A stretch of 63,396 bases of DNA, filler included, from Lenisia limosa (GCA_001655205.1; 12 parts of 12 records of this genome joined end to end with filler, not necessarily neighbours in it); one strand, 5' to 3'. Numbered from the whole stretch's first letter, positions 36,451 to 49,177 are shown. The notes: generated by a model not told the origin, from the letters alone. A program made the numbers and translations.

Positions 36451-36953
36451 CTTGTATTTTCTTGTTCTAAAAATAGTGTATTAAATGAAACAACTCTCGC
36501 CACTTATCCTCAGACACACTAGTGATCTTGAGCCACTTATAATTGCGTTATCCCTGGGCATTATAGTTTTTTCAACAATATTTCAATACAGCATTTGTTT
36601 TACCTCTCTGCTTCTTCAGGGATTCACGCTTTTAGGGCTTCATCTCTCTGTTGAAGGACAGAGTGCTCTCGTAACAAAGTTGGAACAAAGTAGGGACGGG
36701 GTGTATTTGAAGGACAGTCATGTTTTTGTGGGTTGCTCACATTCCTTTTTTTTAGCCATTGTATTGAATGAGTGATGCTACTTGCCTTGGCTTTGTTTTG
36801 TATAGCCAGCAGAGTTGATTCTGGGTTTTTTTTTTTTCATACAANNNNNNNNNNNNNNNNNNNNNNNNNNNNNNNNNNNNNNNNNNNNNNNNNNNNNNNN
36901 NNNNNNNNNNNNNNNNNNNNNNNNNNNNNNNNNNNNNNNNNNNNNNNNNNNNN

Positions 36954-39900
36954 GGATGATTACGTAAATAACACGAATATCAAACAGGTATGAATATTTG
37001 TATCCGTTGGTGTACATGATCTATGATATCATATTTAAGCAATGAGAAATGAAAAAAAAAGGTTGTATCGTTTAGAGGCTCAGAAAGTCCCCCCCCCCTC
37101 AAGAACTAAAAAGCTTCGTTGGATATATATTACATGTGTGTATATNNNNNNNNNNNNNNNNNNNNNNNNNNNNNNNNNNNNNNNNNNNNNNNNNNNNNNN
37201 NNNNNNNNNNNNNNNNNNNNNNNNNNNNNNNAAAAAGACTTGTAAATATCAATATTCATTGAGGGTAGATGGAGAAAGTCTATCATTTTTGGGACCTTAA
37301 TGAAGCTCTAACGTCAATTATCACATTAACTTCACTTTAATTGCCGCATTAACTTTAATTGCCGCATTTCACACTGCAGTATTCTGAGGCGGCACTGCCG
37401 ACAGTCAGTGGCAACATGGTCATCAAAGGCCCGCTGTTCCTCCAGGTCGCAAAGCAGATCATTGACATCTCCACGCCGTCAGGCCGACAGAGGGAGGTAA
37501 GATGTCAATTATATTTCATCTGATAATATCAAATATCATATAATATTGGGTGAGGTATGATTTCAATTGTTTCATGGGCAATTGTATGAATCAGCTTTTG
37601 TATTGGTGGAAATTTAAACTTGATGAACCTTTTTTTTTCTTTGACACTCCAGGGAGCATGTAGGCTCCTGCAGCTCTCTCTTTCCGACGGCCACTTGCGG
37701 TACAAAGCCATTGAGTTCGCAGCCTGCCCCCAGTTGAAGTTGGAGGGATCTCGTGTGTCCTCTACTCTCATTTGCGTTGCGAATATTTTGCGCAAAATTC
37801 GTTCACATCGCAGGCTCCAGCACCCCCCTGGCACTAAGATCGTCTTAACCGGCTCAATTAGAGTCCGTGCCGGCATAATCCTGCTTTCTAAGGTGGGAGA
37901 GTGCTTTCGAAGGTGTGTGTTGTGTGTGTGTGTGTGTGGGGTGGGCTGGATAGTTGGGGTAAAGTTTTGACACAAATGCAGTTATTAACATTTGTAGGAG
38001 CAAATGACGATTCGCCTCGGAGTAGTTGACATGAAGGAGGCGGACCACTTCAATATGCTGAAGGTCTGGGCTAACACATGTTAGTGTCATGTTTTTGGTC
38101 TTCTTCTGCTTTCAAAACGCATAAATTTCTTGCGCTTATTTTGACACCGCTATTGCGTACATCTGGACCCTTGAAAATCAATAATTGTCAATAACCTCAA
38201 GAAATGGCAGTTTAAAAGTTGTAAGTGATTAATAGTATCACAGAAATGTTGGTTTTTCTTCCAGAATACTGCAGTATATTATAACATGCTACTCTCTATT
38301 TAACGCCTTTCAGAAGTCGAATGCTATCCAGAAAAGCCTGGGGAGGTCAGGAGGCTCCAATGCGCCGAAGTTCACCCCAATGCCTGCTGTGGGGGGGGGG
38401 GGGTTAANNNNNNNNNNNNNNNNNNNNNNNNNNNNNNNNNNNNNNNNNNNNNNNNNNNNNNNNNNNNNNNNNNNNNNNNGGTGCAAGGAATCACTCCACT
38501 CCAATCCAGCAAATTGGAGTGATGGGGGGATTCCGGCTTGCTTTATATGCTATACTATCAACTATTCGGCATATCTACTTGCTCACTCGTCAGAAAACTG
38601 AGAGGACGTACGTTCAGTATCGCAAGGACATTACCGCTAAAATGTCGACCTTTAAGCCCCATAAGCCAACCCCCTTGCCGAATTCCGTGGAGACTGAAAC
38701 TGCCCATGCGGTGAGGCAGTTGATTCTGGGTTTTTAGTCCATAGATTTCTCCATTTATAACGTCCCCACCCCCCTTCCTTAACATTGGCAGCCGCGAGAG
38801 CGGATCAAACTGAGTTCCTTCCCACAGGACCAGCAGGGTAGGCCCGGCGCTTGAAAGATATTGATATTAGCTTGAATTTACTTTAGCACCATTCTTGGAA
38901 CTGAAGTTAAGCTATCATTGTCATCAATACATAAGATATGATTATATATGATCAAGATTTGGTCTGGCCTTCTTTCATTGTATTACCATCTCTTCTCTAG
39001 CTGCTCTCNNNNNNNNNNNNNNNNNNNNNNNNNNNNNNNNNNNNNNNNNNNNNNNNNNNNNNNNNNNNNNNNNNNNNNNNNNNNNNNNNNNNNNNNNNTG
39101 GGGATGTCAAGCAAAATGGGTATGACTACATCCTATCCTCTTCTGACACAGCAGGAAAGGAGCAGTTCGTCACAGCTTCAGGCCCTACACGGACTCTAGA
39201 TGAGTATCTCAATGAAGCGGTTTGCGAGGAATGCTGGACATCATATTATATGATATGTTACAAATATATTTAATGATATCATCTTTCTTTGACTGACATT
39301 TCCATTATGAGAACTCTTGTGATCACTTAGCACCCAGGCGATGCGTTACAAGAACAAGAGGATCGAGGTGGGTCAACTTTTGCTTTTTTTTTTTTTTTTG
39401 TTTGTTTTCACAAGAGNNNNNNNNNNNNNNNNNNNNNNNNNNNNNNNNNNNNNNNNNNNNNNNNNNNNNNNNNNNCTACAGACCTGGCTATTGCTTTGGC
39501 CGCCTCAATGGAATCCTTGTCAATCTCGGTTGGTTATGCATGTGGAAAGTGGCCGTTTTGGAACATTTTACTCGCTGTTGCGGGTTTATAATGAAAGTCG
39601 TAGTTTATCGCCTCCTTTTTTAAAATGTTCTTTTTTTTTAACTTCTTTGGTACGTTTTTTTGAATATTGTCCTTTCTTGAGAATACTGCAACAGTTCAAC
39701 ACCACACACACAAAAGGCATATAGATCAGAGAAGAAAATTGAATACTCTGAAGTGAGAGTGCTAAGGATAGTTATTCTGTGTTGGGAGTGCTGAATAGTT
39801 ATTCTGTGTTGAGAGTGCTGAGAATAGTTATTCTGTGTTGAGAGTGCTGAGAATAGGTCACTGTCACGGGTAACCTTACCATGTCGCTTTGGGTTCGACG

Positions 39901-40613
39901 CCAAAACATGCAGACTGTAATGATATCAAAATTGGATGGACCCAAAAGGTAAGACAGGAATTAACAGATACACAACATATCAGGGACAGGAAAACAGAAA
40001 CGTTAAGAAAGACACGTCATAATGAGTGTATGCTGTAATTCCTTCTGCGTTGAAAGCGTATCTGTGAGATTCCAAAACAAACAATATGTGCGTCATGAAC
40101 TGTCGCCTTGGAAAGTGTTTTTGTTATTGACCTTCTGTTACCTACATTTCCATTCAATTCCTTTTCCTTTGGTTTTTTTTTTCAGTTTCTAAGTATTTAA
40201 TACTTGGCTTGAACGAGAGAATGCAAACCCATTCTGTGGAAATTTTAAAGCATACTTTTTTTTTTTACTTTTTTTGTCGCTTTCATCCATCGTTTCCACA
40301 GCTATTAAAGATGTTTAGGGTCGGGGTACCCCTTCACATGGGACTAGTTCGCCTTTTGGGCCTTCAGGGCGCAACCGTGGAGGAAAGGTATGCATTTTGG
40401 CTTCTTAGAGGGAAGTACTTTCTCGCAATATCTCTTTTAAATTGCTAAATATTTCTTTTAAAGCCTGTGACATATCATATGCACATAATACTTGTTGCAA
40501 CATAATTTTCACTCTGGTCATATCTTTTCCCCTCTTCCTAAAACCTCCGTAGAACGTAGGCCTTCGAGACTCACGGCCCATTGAAACCTCCTATTTTGAT
40601 CACTCCCAAGAAA
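36954..40613 (+). CDS. RMI1/TDRD3-type N-terminal OB-fold protein
   Basis: KGPLFLQVAKQIIDISTP (37380-37497), RLLQLSLSDGHLRYKAIEF and PPGTKIVLTGSIRVRAGIILLSK, then APKFTPM, fit the RMI1_N/TDRD3 OB-fold pattern. Later exons include DLAIALAASMESL. Exons after about 39530 are assigned by position. Confidence 0.8.
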
Positions 40614-40713
40614 NNNNNNNNNNNNNNNNNNNNNNNNNNNNNNNNNNNNNNNNNNNNTTAATTAATTAANNNNNNNNNNNNNNNNNNNNNNNNNNNNNNN
40701 NNNNNNNNNNNNN
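40614..40713. other. Artificial scaffold spacer 8
   Basis: 44N-TTAATTAATTAA-44N. Confidence 0.97.
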
Positions 40714-41239
40714 GGAACCCGGAACCAAATACTCCGAGGGGTGCAAATTTTTGTTTCTTAACACTTAAAGAGGTGAAAAGGCAAAAGGGGGACCCCCGGG
40801 AGACCAAATTCACGGATTTTTGACGTTTGCTCAAAATTGAAAAAAAAAAGTTAGGGAACATTAGGAGGACCATTTCTCTTTGTATCTGTCGAAACAGATT
40901 TTCAAAAAACACTAGCAATGGCCTATACAAGGCATTAACTTCAAGCTGTCCGGGAGTTTTGATGTGTCCGGGAATTTTGAATGATGTCCGGAGCTTTGAG
41001 GACCCACATTTTTGATATATTGAAGAAATAGAAGTTAACAGTGCCAAGGTCAAGTATTAAAAAGAAAAACCCGAGTTTTGTTTTTGGGAATGGTTTTCTG
41101 CTGTTTTTACTAGGAGATTTCTGGCTGGAAAACACAAGTTTACGAAGCTAACGAGTGTTTTCCTCACAGAAAACTCCGAGTAGCAAACGGAAGACAACCA
41201 CGAAGGGGGAAAACAAGGAGGAATTCGAATGGAAAAAAA

Positions 41240-41640
41240 CTACTTCCAGAATAGACAATTTATCCAAAAAAAAAAACATACAATCTTTACTTCAACAACT
41301 CTTCGTAGCACTTCAGCTCTATTTTTTATTTGCTCAATACTGGAATCGTCAAGAGTCTTTTTCTTTTCGGGGTTCGTCAAAAGTCAACAGATAGTTGCTG
41401 TACAACAACGTAATGATGTCTAATACTGCTGATTCGTCGCAGATAAATCTGAAAAAGTATTTTTATTTCGATTGGCTGTAAATCGGTATAAACTTTCAAC
41501 GAAACAGACTCATCTGAACCTTCTACATCCAGAAACTCCAGTGATCTGGGGTTCGAACTAAATACAAAGGTTTTCTTCGAGGTGTCATCAAGAGTTTCAA
41601 ACCTACCAAAAAATATTGTTCCGCTCAAAACAGTATCTGG
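41240..41640 (-). CDS. Unassigned two-exon segment
   Basis: DTVLSGTIFFGRFETLDDTSKKTFVFSSNPRSLEFL.. and FICDESAVLDIITLLYSNYLLTFDEPRKEK..EVLRRVVEVKI, separated by a short intron. Confidence 0.4.
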
Positions 41641-44600
41641 TTTTAAGAAACCTCTCTTGACAATTACCTTTCCAGTATTATAAAAACTATTTCAAATTAT
41701 CTTGACATCGCCTTTATGAATTACAAAACAAAAGAGAACCGAGTTTTGTTGAATCAGGGATTGAAGGGAAACATAGGCGTAAACCACTCCAAAAGTTAAT
41801 ATTTTCGAAAAAGAAATCTAGATCGAGTCTATAAATGGAATACGTTCAGTTCAGTTCAGTGATTTTTTTTTTTTTGAGTTTTTTATCCTCAGAAATGATC
41901 TTCTCTTTTTTTACAGCCATTTTTAAATAAAAATAGACAATTTTTGGGATTTATATCGCAATTATGATGAAATAAACGAGAGAAAAAAAGGTCCGATGTT
42001 TACGGCCAGGTTATGTTCACGGTCAGGTTAGTGTTCACGGTACCTTATATATTTTATACATGTATAAATTTAGTATATCATATATATATTCATAGTACTC
42101 TATGAAAATGAGCACCGCTAGTCTCTTCAGTAGGTATAGTACACATGGGGGTTATGTGGAAAGTAAACGTGTTTTCTTTACAAGTGATCACCTATTTGTA
42201 TTTGCTTTTCTTCTCACTTTCCACTGCTCACTGATTTACAGACTTTTGCCTTTTGCCTTTCAAGGAGCTCAAATAGAGGAGGTTTGGATAATGTTACGAG
42301 CATGATCATAAGGGTTGGAGTAATGTTGTAAGATATGCTACCTTTTTCTTCAAGATAATGATAATTGTTATCAATTAGTGTTCTCTGAGGAAAAAACTAA
42401 ATTCGCTGGAAAACTACTGGAAAAACTCACTGTCGGGAAAAGTAACATATTTGGAAAACTCACTGGTGATGTCATGACACAATTCGAACAGTAATATTCA
42501 AATATTCAATAATACACAATGAAAGAACAGAAACAAATAACACAAAACATCTGCACAACATCACCCAGGAATTAGACAACAAGGGGGATTGAAGGCCATT
42601 GGTAGGCAGCAGGAGCAGGAGCTAAATGTACATGAATATGGATTTGGTGCCGCTCCCCGCTCCCGCTCCTCTTCCTGTCGCTGCTCCTGTTGTCCCTTCA
42701 GCTCCTCCTGTTGCAACTACAGCTAACGGCCAAGCAGATTACTCATTTCCTTGTTCTCTGAGTCATCAAGTGAGTCGTAGGTCGTGAGGCTTCTCTTATT
42801 CTGATGACCAGTGCATATGTAACTAATGTATAAGACTATATCATATACAATTTTTTATTTTTCACTCCTTTATTCAAATCTCAACACTTGTTAAGTGATT
42901 CAAGGATGCTTAAATGCTATTTAGTAGAAAATCCTTGTTCAAGGAGTTTTGAAAGAGTGATCACTCTGAAGGCGAAAGTTGTTTTGCTGCTGACCTTCTA
43001 GTTGACTTTATTAGGTTCTTGTATTGATAAAATGAAGAATTGGCAAGCTAACCTACTGAAAGTTGTGTTGCCAACCCCCTCTAAAGGGCCTCTTTGTCGA
43101 TTTAATGAGAGAAGAACATGTTACAACACAACTTAAGAAGATCAGTTTTCGAAGTAAACTGCTTGAGGTTGGTTAACTAGTGTCATCGACAAAAGATGAC
43201 TCAAAGCGTCAGATTTCAAGAACTTTTTGTGATCCTTGGCTACGCTCTCTAAAGTTACAGGTTGTTTTTTGCTATCATTTGGCTCAATTGAGCTATAAAG
43301 TGTACAAATAAATCAGATTTGATGAGGAAATTAACCTTTTCAGGATCTTCCCGTAAGAGCTCTCTCAATGGCTGAACGATCTCTTTAGACCGGTCTGCTT
43401 TCTGCCTTAAGGTTATTGGTAAATGTGTCTATAATGATTAATTTTGGATTTGCTGTGTGTCTACCAAATCCATTTCTGAACTCAAATTATTACGTATTTC
43501 CAATTATTGGTTATACATACATATTCTTACCCGTATGATTAAAACTGTCATATTTGGGAGAAAAGGCAAGGGAAACGCTTATTTAGAGAAAAAATTGAAA
43601 AAGCGATTTTNNNNNNNNNNNNNNNNNNNNNNNNNNNNNNNNNNNNNNNNNNNNNNNNNNNNNNNNNNNNNNNNNNNNNNNNNNNNNNNNNNNNNNNNNN
43701 NNNNNNNNNNNNNNNNNNNNNNNNNNNNNNNNNNNNNNNNNNNNNNNNNNNNNNNNNNNNNNNNNNNNNNNNNNNNNNNNNNNNNNNNNNNNNNNNNNNN
43801 NNNAAATCCCGAATGCCATTTCTCCGAGGTTCTGCGTCGAGGGGATATGAGCTACCATATACCCGATGACATATGAGAAATGTCATATTTTGAGTGATCT
43901 CAAGAAAAAAGGTCGAAATTCGTCAAATAAAAAACATTTCTTACAACAAAATTCAGTGAAGCAGAGCCAAGAAGATGATATTTCAGTTTCGTTCCGCTAA
44001 ACTCGTGGCCTCCACTTAGGAAAGGTCTCGTTAGCTCAGCGAACGGACTTCGTCCTCGTGTTTTTCTTTTAGTTGGCCTGGTACCAACTTTAATGCTCTC
44101 TAAACAATATGAGATTTTCCTTTTAAAACTTTGTCTTTGGTAGTCGCTGTTGCGTAATTCCTCAATAAGCCTTTGTTCGACCATTAAATCGAGATTGGAA
44201 TGGTAAATTATGACGTGTCACAGTTCCTGCTCTGACCACAGCAGTTAGAATAAATGTTTAGGGGAGCTGAACTAGAGAGAGCCCTCAAAAGGCTTTTTCT
44301 CCCCCGCAAAACACTTCTAGTTTAGCTTTTAGAGATAAAAATAGAGATTAGCTGCCTCTCTGCGTTTGCGTATAAAATACGAAGTTCAAAGTGAGTTCAC
44401 AGCTTTGAGACGCCAGGAACTTGCCAAGAACAGAGCAGCAGATCTTGCTTTGAATAAATGTTGAGTTTGGATTCTAGAGGATTTAGTTCTCTTTTAATGC
44501 GATGTCTCTTAAGTTTAACCCAATTTACTTAACAAACCTTCTTTTAAAACAAGATCTTGCTCCAAAAAACGCAAGTTCTTCAATTCAAGGCAGTAAGAGG

Positions 44601-44811
44601 ACCCAATGAGGAAAACCATCTCAACTTTTGAAAGCAGAAAAAGGAAGAAAAAAAACAACTTTTAATACAGTATCACCTTAAATTAGTTACATGTAGAATC
44701 CTAAGTAGGAACAAAACCTGACTTCACCTTTTAGAAAGAACAGAAAAGAAACACTATAACATAATTACGCATTAATTGAACAAAATGCTTCACTTTTTTA
44801 AGGTCGCCTAC

Positions 44812-45651
44812 TATAGAAAGAACTTCGGAGAGTCAAAGCCATTCTTCTTGGCGTGGGCGGAGATGTAGTTCATGTGAGGAACGCGCTTGATGTACTGTAA
44901 GTACCAACGAACGAAGCAACGGTCAGAATTGGAAGCAGTAAGGGCGGTGATGACGACGGCAGCTCGAGGCTTCTTGACGACAGTCTTCCTGCCGCTGCTG
45001 GTAGTTGTCACAGTCAAACCTGAAGACAATTAAAAAAACAAAGAAACAAATTTTACATAGCATTCTTGTGGTTCTTGTGGATATTGTATTGCTTTACCTT
45101 TCGGGGAAGAATTGGCAGCTTCGACCATTTGAGAATTGTTTGATTGTTTTCGTCAGATGACAGACCATCGCGAGCATTTGAGTCAGCCTTCGCTCCCCAA
45201 AAGTTTTTTGAGTTCTTCAGTGCCTCATTAAAAGAGCGTTGAAAGAGGCAGTTAGCTAAAGGGTTGAAGACAAGCTTCGCACAGGGGGTATCGTAATCAG
45301 AGGGAGTGGCAAACACATACTGAACTGCCTCAACAACCTGAAAAAGTTGAAGGAAAAGTTTCACAAAATTAAATGCACTTGCCAAGTTTGCCAACCTTAG
45401 TTAGAGAATCGGGACGGTAATGGTTAGTACCATTCTGTTGGCGAATATTGAGCACAAAGAGAGAGAGGTTCTCAATTACAGTATCAGAGGATGGATGAAA
45501 AAAGTTGACCTTAGATCCACAGTACTCGATGAAACGGTGAAAGAACCAAACGTGTGAACGCTTGGTTGAGAGTTGGAATAGAGTCAGAGAAAGACATTGT
45601 TGAGAAGTAGCTTACCACCAGAGAAAGCTTGGCGTCTTGAAGGGAGTACAT
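44812..45651 (-). mobile_element. Crypton-type (DUF3504-like) tyrosine recombinase, N-terminal and middle exons
   Basis: ATG 45651; exons 45616-45651, 45396-45560, ~45057-45337 and 44812-~45000 read ..NLSLFVLNIRQQNGTNHYRPDSLTK (cf. L..F...RK.DG..Y.P.SL), ..DGLSSDENNQTILKW, YNIHKNHKN and NSDRCFVRWYLQYIKRVP..SPKFFL (cf. RCPV..Y...P..FYL). The segment holding the first catalytic Arg appears deleted. Confidence 0.68.
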
Positions 45652-45888
45652 TGTTATATAGCTTGTAAGTACCAATTGAATGCTTATAAAATACGATAAA
45701 AAGGTTTAAAAACAGCACTATATTTGACAGATCTGACAGAGATTTTGATCTCAAAATGTTCTCCATCCAATCCAGTCAGTTCCAGAGATCAACAGATCTT
45801 CTTTTGTTTGAGAAAAAACAAGATCATCCCCAAAAACTTATGAGACTGAATACGCTTCAATATTGAATAGATAAATACAGCAACGTAG

Positions 45889-46200
45889 TTTTCCTGGCGA
45901 ATTCAGTTATTTCCAAGCGAATTCCCACTTGGACTTGCCCGATTGGTCTTCTTCTGCTTCGCTAACTGGACCTTTCCGTTGCTACGGCCACAAGTTTGCT
46001 CAAGCCGATGCCTCAATGGCCAATTCGCACCGCGATTTACCCCAACATGTCGGCCAGAATTACTTAAACACTTTTCTCGGTGGCAGCAACAACGTTCTCG
46101 TTACTACCGGCTCCAAAAAGAAGCTTGGCACACATAGTGTCAGGAAGACGTCAACATCCGCACTTCTGTCAAGAAAGAATCCTACCAAAACTATGAAGCT
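45889..46200 (+). mobile_element. Crypton-type tyrosine recombinase, C-terminal catalytic exon
   Basis: ..QHVGQNYLNTFL..KKLGTHSVRKTSTSALL.. contains the P/HxGxNxL and HSxRxT (catalytic H-x-x-R) motifs. Bounded by CGTAG| and |GTAGGC. A candidate Tyr-nucleophile exon (AAGGLCSLDSLTFGAYER) starts at 46655, beyond a gap. Confidence 0.72.
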
Positions 46201-47579
46201 GTAGGCGCCCTTTTAAAGATCTTTAAATAATGCGTCAAAATCTCTCTAGAATATAAAGATGCTTGTTTGGTAAATAACACTAAATTTACGGTAAATGGTT
46301 GCTCTTTGCAGATCAGTTTAGTTGGTGAAACCTTAACACCATAGAACATCTTCTTGGCNNNNNNNNNNNNNNNNNNNNNNNNNNNNNNNNNNNNNNNNNN
46401 NNNNNNNNNNNNNNNNNNNNNNNNNNNNNNNNNNNNNNNNNNNNNNNNNNNNNNNNNNNNNNNNNNNNNNNNNNNNNNNNNNNNNNNNNNNNNNNNNNNN
46501 NNNNNNNNNNNNNNNNNNNNNNNNNNNNNNNNNNNNNNGAGATGAAGAAACAGTCCTCAAAAAAGATTTAACTGTTTTCCTTGACACCATTGCTCAAAAT
46601 ACATACTATAATATGCCCTAGTATGTGAGTGTGTTTTATTTCTAAATAAACTAGGCGGCAGGGGGATTGTGTTCACTGGACTCACTGACCTTCGGGGCTT
46701 ATGAGAGAATGATTAACCGCCGTCATATTGGGCAACGTCAGAGCACCTTACAAGAGGAGTGCTGTTTTTGGAAATATGATATTTTTTTGTGATTTGTACC
46801 CCAACTCTACTTATCTGATGGGGGGGGGGGAAAAGAGGTTTTTAGATCCCATACAACCAAATTCTCGAATTTTTCATATTTGGTAATGTCAGTCAAAATA
46901 GGCTTTATCTCCAGCCTATCATTTTGAAATTCGATTCGACCATTTTAAGGGATCTGGGAGTCGGGCTTTCAGTATTTGACGTCATTATAAGTTGTAAATG
47001 GCTCTAAGATAACAAAAAGTTAGACTTTCAAAAACCTCTTTTTCCGTGTATGAGAGTATCATTGCGACTTTTCGGTCAATTGTCATCCGAGTGGATTGGA
47101 GGTATCACATCTTTTGAAAATGATGGTTATTCGTGTGCTATCAAAAAGCAGTACTTCATATAAAATTACCCAAAATATCTCCTTATTCCATCTTTTTATA
47201 ATGTGATATTTTGTTTTGTTTCGCGCATCCAATACATTAGTTTTGTTTTCTGCAATGGGCTTATTTAGTTTAGGCTATGTGGCAGGAGGATTTGTCACGG
47301 AAAGAAATTTATGAATCCATTACAGAATTCTCAAGCTTACTTGTTAGATTTTATTCATAGATATTCATTTGTGATTGACTAACTTTTTGACTCATATTGG
47401 ATTTCACATGACCTTCTATTTGAAATATGATATCGTATAGGTGGGGGTGGAAAACCGCGACAGTAAAAATTTACTCTAGCGAAATACACATATCTATGAT
47501 CTAAAGCTACTACTTGATAAATAAAAGACCAGGAAAAACAATTTAAGATAGTATCTGGTAATAACTCGAGTGTGTAACT

Positions 47580-47907
47580 AACCCTAAGAGCGCTGGGCAA
47601 CAGCGTTGACAACCGCCTTATCAAAGCTTCTTGACCCATTCGGTTCCCCTTCGGGAACGAAGGCTGGCAGCTCCCCAAAAAGGCATCTTATTAGCGATGG
47701 CCTTATAGACGCTGGAGTCTTGGTCGTGGATCTAATGGTTTAATGAGATCATTCATATTATATCATACAATTCGCTTGACAAGGTGTCTGTAAAGCCTTT
47801 TGAAAAAACTTGACGCAGTCGTTTTTTCAAGTTTACAATCCAAGATATACCAGAAATTTGATGCGTAATTATCGGTGCTTGAATTATTCCACTTCAAGTA
47901 TCTGGAA
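47580..47907 (-). pseudogene. DDE transposase remnant, Mutator-like/Kolobok-like (tentative)
   Basis: Exons 47769-47907 and from 47731 join in phase 0: ..LDCKLEKTTASSFFKRLYRHLVKRI|IHDQDSSVYKAI, resembling the E..F.R....D(G)DSS..K motif. A stop or frameshift follows. Confidence 0.45.
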
Positions 47908-48490
47908 CTGTAAAACAGGCTTGTACTTGAAACAAAAAATATGTGAATTATTATTACAACAGCGGTAGAATTGCGGTAGAAAACTAAAAACCATAGTTGG
48001 ATCGAAAGAGATAAGTCGACTAGCCAAATTTTAAAAAATTAAAAATTTTAGATATTTAACTTTTTAAATAATCAGACTAAAAAACAACATAATAATGGCG
48101 ATAGAAACAAGATAAGTGAAAAGTTCTGACTCCGCGAGTGACAACCAAAAACAACTCATTCTCCCCCAGGACCTCCTCTATCCCCCTGAGCGCTCCGGGA
48201 ATAACATTCGAATCCTATGTCCCAATGATTCTACTATGGCGTTTTTTTTCTAAAATTTTGAATTGTTCTAGGTTAGTGTATTTCTAGTTTAGTGTGTTTT
48301 TTTTTTTAACTTCCTAGTTTTTAGTGTATTTTTTCTCGGTACGCCACCTCGCGCAAACTCCACGCCACTTTTTCGGTCACGGTCGAATCTTAGTTCTGAT
48401 TTGTGGAGAACTTGGATTATAGCATTTCTGGAGAATACCCCTACCTAATTAGCATTCTAGAATGTGGGTTAGCAACCGCCCCGTCCTTCC

Positions 48491-48547
48491 TGGTGTCATC
48501 AATCGCTTAACACTGATTAAAACAGTGTTAAGCGATTGATGACACCA
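48491..48547. repeat. Perfect hairpin: 25-bp arms, 7-nt loop
   Basis: TGGTGTCATCAATCGCTTAACACTG-ATTAAAA-CAGTGTTAAGCGATTGATGACACCA. Confidence 0.95.
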
Positions 48548-48996
48548 ATTAGCAAAGAATATTTTGAATGCTGGGTTTTGTTTACTAGGGTGTTGTTATA
48601 AAGTTATAAATGCTTGACATCTCAAGTTCTCAAGTTGGGTTAAGCCCCTTGGAAGTGGTGATAAACGTGTTTTACAAGTGTGATAGTGTTATAGATGATG
48701 AATGTGATGAATAATATTTTGTGCCTAAACAAATTACAGTCGCATATTTCGAGTACAGACGACAATCCATAAAACAACGACAATAACATAACAATAATGT
48801 GAAGAAAGAAAGAGACAGTGAGCGAGAGAACCGAATTTAACATAAAAAGCTCTTCAGTGGCGTCAAACTGCCGTAAGCCTTGTGGCATGCTCCCAAACAC
48901 TAAAGGGGAATAATTAGATGATGACAAAAACACCCTTGTGAACCACAATTATAAAGATATTTATAAGGTTTATCTGAATGAGGTAACTCAAGGTGG

Positions 48997-49177
48997 AAAT
49001 GGGGCAAACAGCAGCGCGCCGATTTTGAAATTAATCCCGTATTTTCAGTTCAAATCAGGTTCAAATTGAACAATTGTCTTTCATACTTGTACACCGCAAA
49101 ATTTAAGATGAAAACCATGAAATATCTTTCATGGTTTTCACCTTAAATTTTGCGGCGCGCTGCTGTTTGACCCATTT
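48997..49177. mobile_element. 181-bp foldback/MITE-like element with a nested hairpin
   Basis: Outer 25-bp IR AAATGGGGCAAACAGCAGCGCGCCG / CGGCGCGCTGCTGTTTGACCCATTT (1 mismatch). Inner 29-bp arms at 49094-49155 (1 mismatch, loop TATC). Confidence 0.8.
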
